Both the position numbers and the translations under genes were made by a program. DNA of 60,491 nucleotides, the filler included, from Nitrospirae bacterium CG2_30_53_67 (GTDB taxonomy: Bacteria > CG2-30-53-67), in assembly GCA_001873285.1 (NCBI GenBank). It is 6 parts of 6 records of this genome, joined end to end, with 100 filler letters (N's around TTAATTAATTAA, not from the genome) between each part and the next. Parts side by side here need not be neighbours in the genome. Positions count along the whole stretch, not along the records: positions 56,835 to 60,491 come from MNYV01000053.1; 5 more parts are not named here. One strand, 5' to 3'. The notes beneath the pieces were generated by a model. It searched no databases. It was not told the DNA's origin and saw only the letters and a list, made by a program, of their open reading frames with translations. Below, in pieces: positions 58,725-60,491 of this stretch; position 1 is the first letter of the stretch; every line of letters starts with the position of its first letter.

Positions 58725-59107
58725 ACATCCTTCTGGACACCTGCACGTTTCTTTGGATCGTGTCGGGAGGTCCCGAGTTGTCCGACACTGCCCGTCGGCT
58801 CTTTTCTGATCCCGCCAATGAGGTCTACCTGAGCGTTGCCTCCGCATGGGAGATCATCGTCAAGCACAAGCTGGGCAAACTGCCGCTATCGACGCCACCC
58901 CACGAATTCATCAAGAAGTGGCGCACCCGCCATGATATCGATTCATTGCCGCTGGACGAAGCGGCCGTATTGCAGCTTTCCCGACTCCCCGATTATCACA
59001 AAGATCCCTTCGACCGAATCCTCATCTGTCAGGCGATTGCCGGAGGACTCGTCATTCTCACGCCCGATCCACGCATCACCAAGTATCCCGTCGCTGCCGA
59101 GTGGTAA
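58721..59107 (+). CDS. vapC: VapC PIN-domain toxin
   Basis: LLDTCTFLW, SVASAWEI, HKDPFDRILICQA, LTPD; GTGA overlap with the antitoxin. Confidence 0.95.
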   Translation: MNILLDTCTFLWIVSGGPELSDTARRLFSDPANEVYLSVASAWEIIVKHKLGKLPLSTPPHEFIKKWRTRHDIDSLPLDEAAVLQLSRLPDYHKDPFDRILICQAIAGGLVILTPDPRITKYPVAAEW

Positions 59108-59142
59108 CTACCCATTCCTGTGCCGACCGGACTTGTACTCAA

Positions 59143-59514
59143 CTTGACGATGTATTCCCGCAGCCGCTGGGTCGCCCAGATACGGAACTGTGTGCCGCGG
59201 TGGGATTTCACCCGATACCCCACGGAAATAATCACATCGAGATTGTAGTGAGCTGTATCATAGTTTTTGCCGTCAGCGGCAGTTATCCGGAATTTCCGGA
59301 TAACTGATTCAGGTGCAAGCTCCCCCTCTTCAAAGATATTTTTAATGTGTTCATTAATTGTCCTGACATCTTTCTGAAACAGTTCAGCCATGAGCTTCTG
59401 ACTTAGCCAAACTGTTTCATCCTGAAGATGGACTTCAATCCTGGTTTTCCCGTCCTCCGTATGATACAGAATCAAATCGCTTTTCATTGGGTCATCTTGA
59501 TTCTTTTTCTTCAT
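59143..59514 (-). pseudogene. RhuM-family protein, 3' truncated
   Basis: ETVWLSQ..MAELF, YNLDVIISVGYRVKS.RGTQFR.WATQRLREYIVK, after which similarity stops. Confidence 0.85.
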
Positions 59515-60344
59515 ATATCATCACCCTTCAGCTTTTTCAGTTTCTGCGGGGTTGTCAGATAATTCTCGCGTGATACAACCCGTTTCCCGGTTTTTTGTTC
59601 AAGGTCTTTTCGTGCCTTCCCGGCGACTTCTCCGCCCTTGCGCGCAGCGTGCTTACTTTCGTGAAACCCCTTGGCATCATCAACCCGCGTAATCTCGGTC
59701 GTAGCCGCCTCGCCGAGCATCGAGAAGATCAATTCAAGATCGTTCATGTGGTCCCGCAGGTTCTGGCGCTTTAGCCCCTTGATCTTCTTGTGCTTGCCCG
59801 GCGTTATGCCGAATGCAGCCTTTGCGATCTCGGCGGTGAGGATCTCATATTCCCTTTTCTCTCGCACGTCCCGCTTTTTCCATTCATCCGTAAGCTCTTC
59901 CCTGATGGCGATACCCCTCATCCGCTTCTCGATCCAGTCGTCGGAGTAGCCCTTGGCCTTATAGAGCGCCCGCGTCCTCTTCGAACCGAGTTCCGGGTCT
60001 TCGATCTCCTGCACCCGTTCATAGCCCACCTTGGCCAGCCAACGTTTGAAGGGCTCGGCCTTGGGGGAGGGGATGGACTGGATGATGCGGAAGATACCTT
60101 CCGTATGAGCGCAATCCGTTTCTCTCAGTTTCCCGTCTGGAGCAAGCAACTTCAACCCGTGACAAAATGTCACGACTTCACTTCCTTCTTTCTTAAGCCT
60201 TTGTTTTAACTTCCTCCAATATGCCCCCGCATCTGCGCTTTCGGCGAGGACTCCGCATACATCGACGATAGAAAACCACCATTCATTGTTATGCAATATT
60301 CTTCTGATTTCCTTTCCCTTGAAAACCGCGATGTTTTCTTCCAT
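59511..60344 (-). CDS. Bro-N domain protein (phage antirepressor-like)
   Basis: IRR..EWWFSIVDV, YWRKLKQRL, RIIQSIPSPKAEPFK.WLA, NLRDHM. Confidence 0.9.
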   Translation of the reverse strand: MEENIAVFKGKEIRRILHNNEWWFSIVDVCGVLAESADAGAYWRKLKQRLKKEGSEVVTFCHGLKLLAPDGKLRETDCAHTEGIFRIIQSIPSPKAEPFKRWLAKVGYERVQEIEDPELGSKRTRALYKAKGYSDDWIEKRMRGIAIREELTDEWKKRDVREKREYEILTAEIAKAAFGITPGKHKKIKGLKRQNLRDHMNDLELIFSMLGEAATTEITRVDDAKGFHESKHAARKGGEVAGKARKDLEQKTGKRVVSRENYLTTPQKLKKLKGDDI

Positions 60345-60346
60345 TC

Positions 60347-60491
60347 CTATTCCTCCGTCCTATGAGGCATTATAAACAACTCCATCTCCGCCTTCTTTAT
60401 CATTCCTTTATTGGCAATCGCCCCCGGCATGCAGGAATCCTTCAAAGAACAATCTTCGCACCTGCCGTCGTTCACCGGCGGCGGAAGCCGC
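60347..60491 (-). CDS. cas4: Cas4 C-terminal fragment
   Basis: RLPPPVNDGRCEDCSLKDSCMP: C-terminal CxxCxxxxxC Fe-S motif. Confidence 0.85.
   Translation of the reverse strand, partial: RLPPPVNDGRCEDCSLKDSCMPGAIANKGMIKKAEMELFIMPHRTEE

Overview
Bacterial sequence of roughly mid-50s % GC (estimated by eye). Gene content suggests an anaerobic or microaerophilic Nitrospirota/Desulfobacterota-like organism (inference). The window is six contigs joined by artificial 100-bp N-TTAATTAATTAA-N linkers, so adjacency across linkers means nothing. Contig 1 (1-24787): S8 protease with Ca-binding repeats and a C-terminal sorting signal; rimP-nusA-infB-DUF503-rbfA-DHH-truB-rpsO-pnp-dut-kdsC; an ACIII/Qrc-like actA-B1-B2-C-D-E operon; 2-oxoacid:ferredoxin oxidoreductase; rubrerythrin. 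Contig 2: hybrid kinase, two cold-shock genes, HPF-CSD fusion, group 3b NiFe hydrogenase, msrAB, lemA/TPM genes, two DEAD-box helicases, pyk. Contig 3: lptFG, K+ channel, Mut7-C, HDAC. Contig 4: polysaccharide genes. Contig 5: nuoN, an attC-flanked PIN pseudogene, prfC. Contig 6: type I-C-like cas4/cas1/cas2 and the first CRISPR repeat, with Bro-N, a truncated rhuM and a divergent Phd-VapC pair inserted between cas4 and cas1. The most interesting signals are non-coding: (i) a conserved structured 5' leader shared by both csp genes, within a wider set of leader terminators ahead of translation genes; (ii) an integrase-less integron cassette whose second attC is split by a 162-bp MITE; (iii) several families of nested miniature elements, including deletion derivatives of four-helix-bundle gene cassettes; (iv) several genes reduced to fused start and end fragments.
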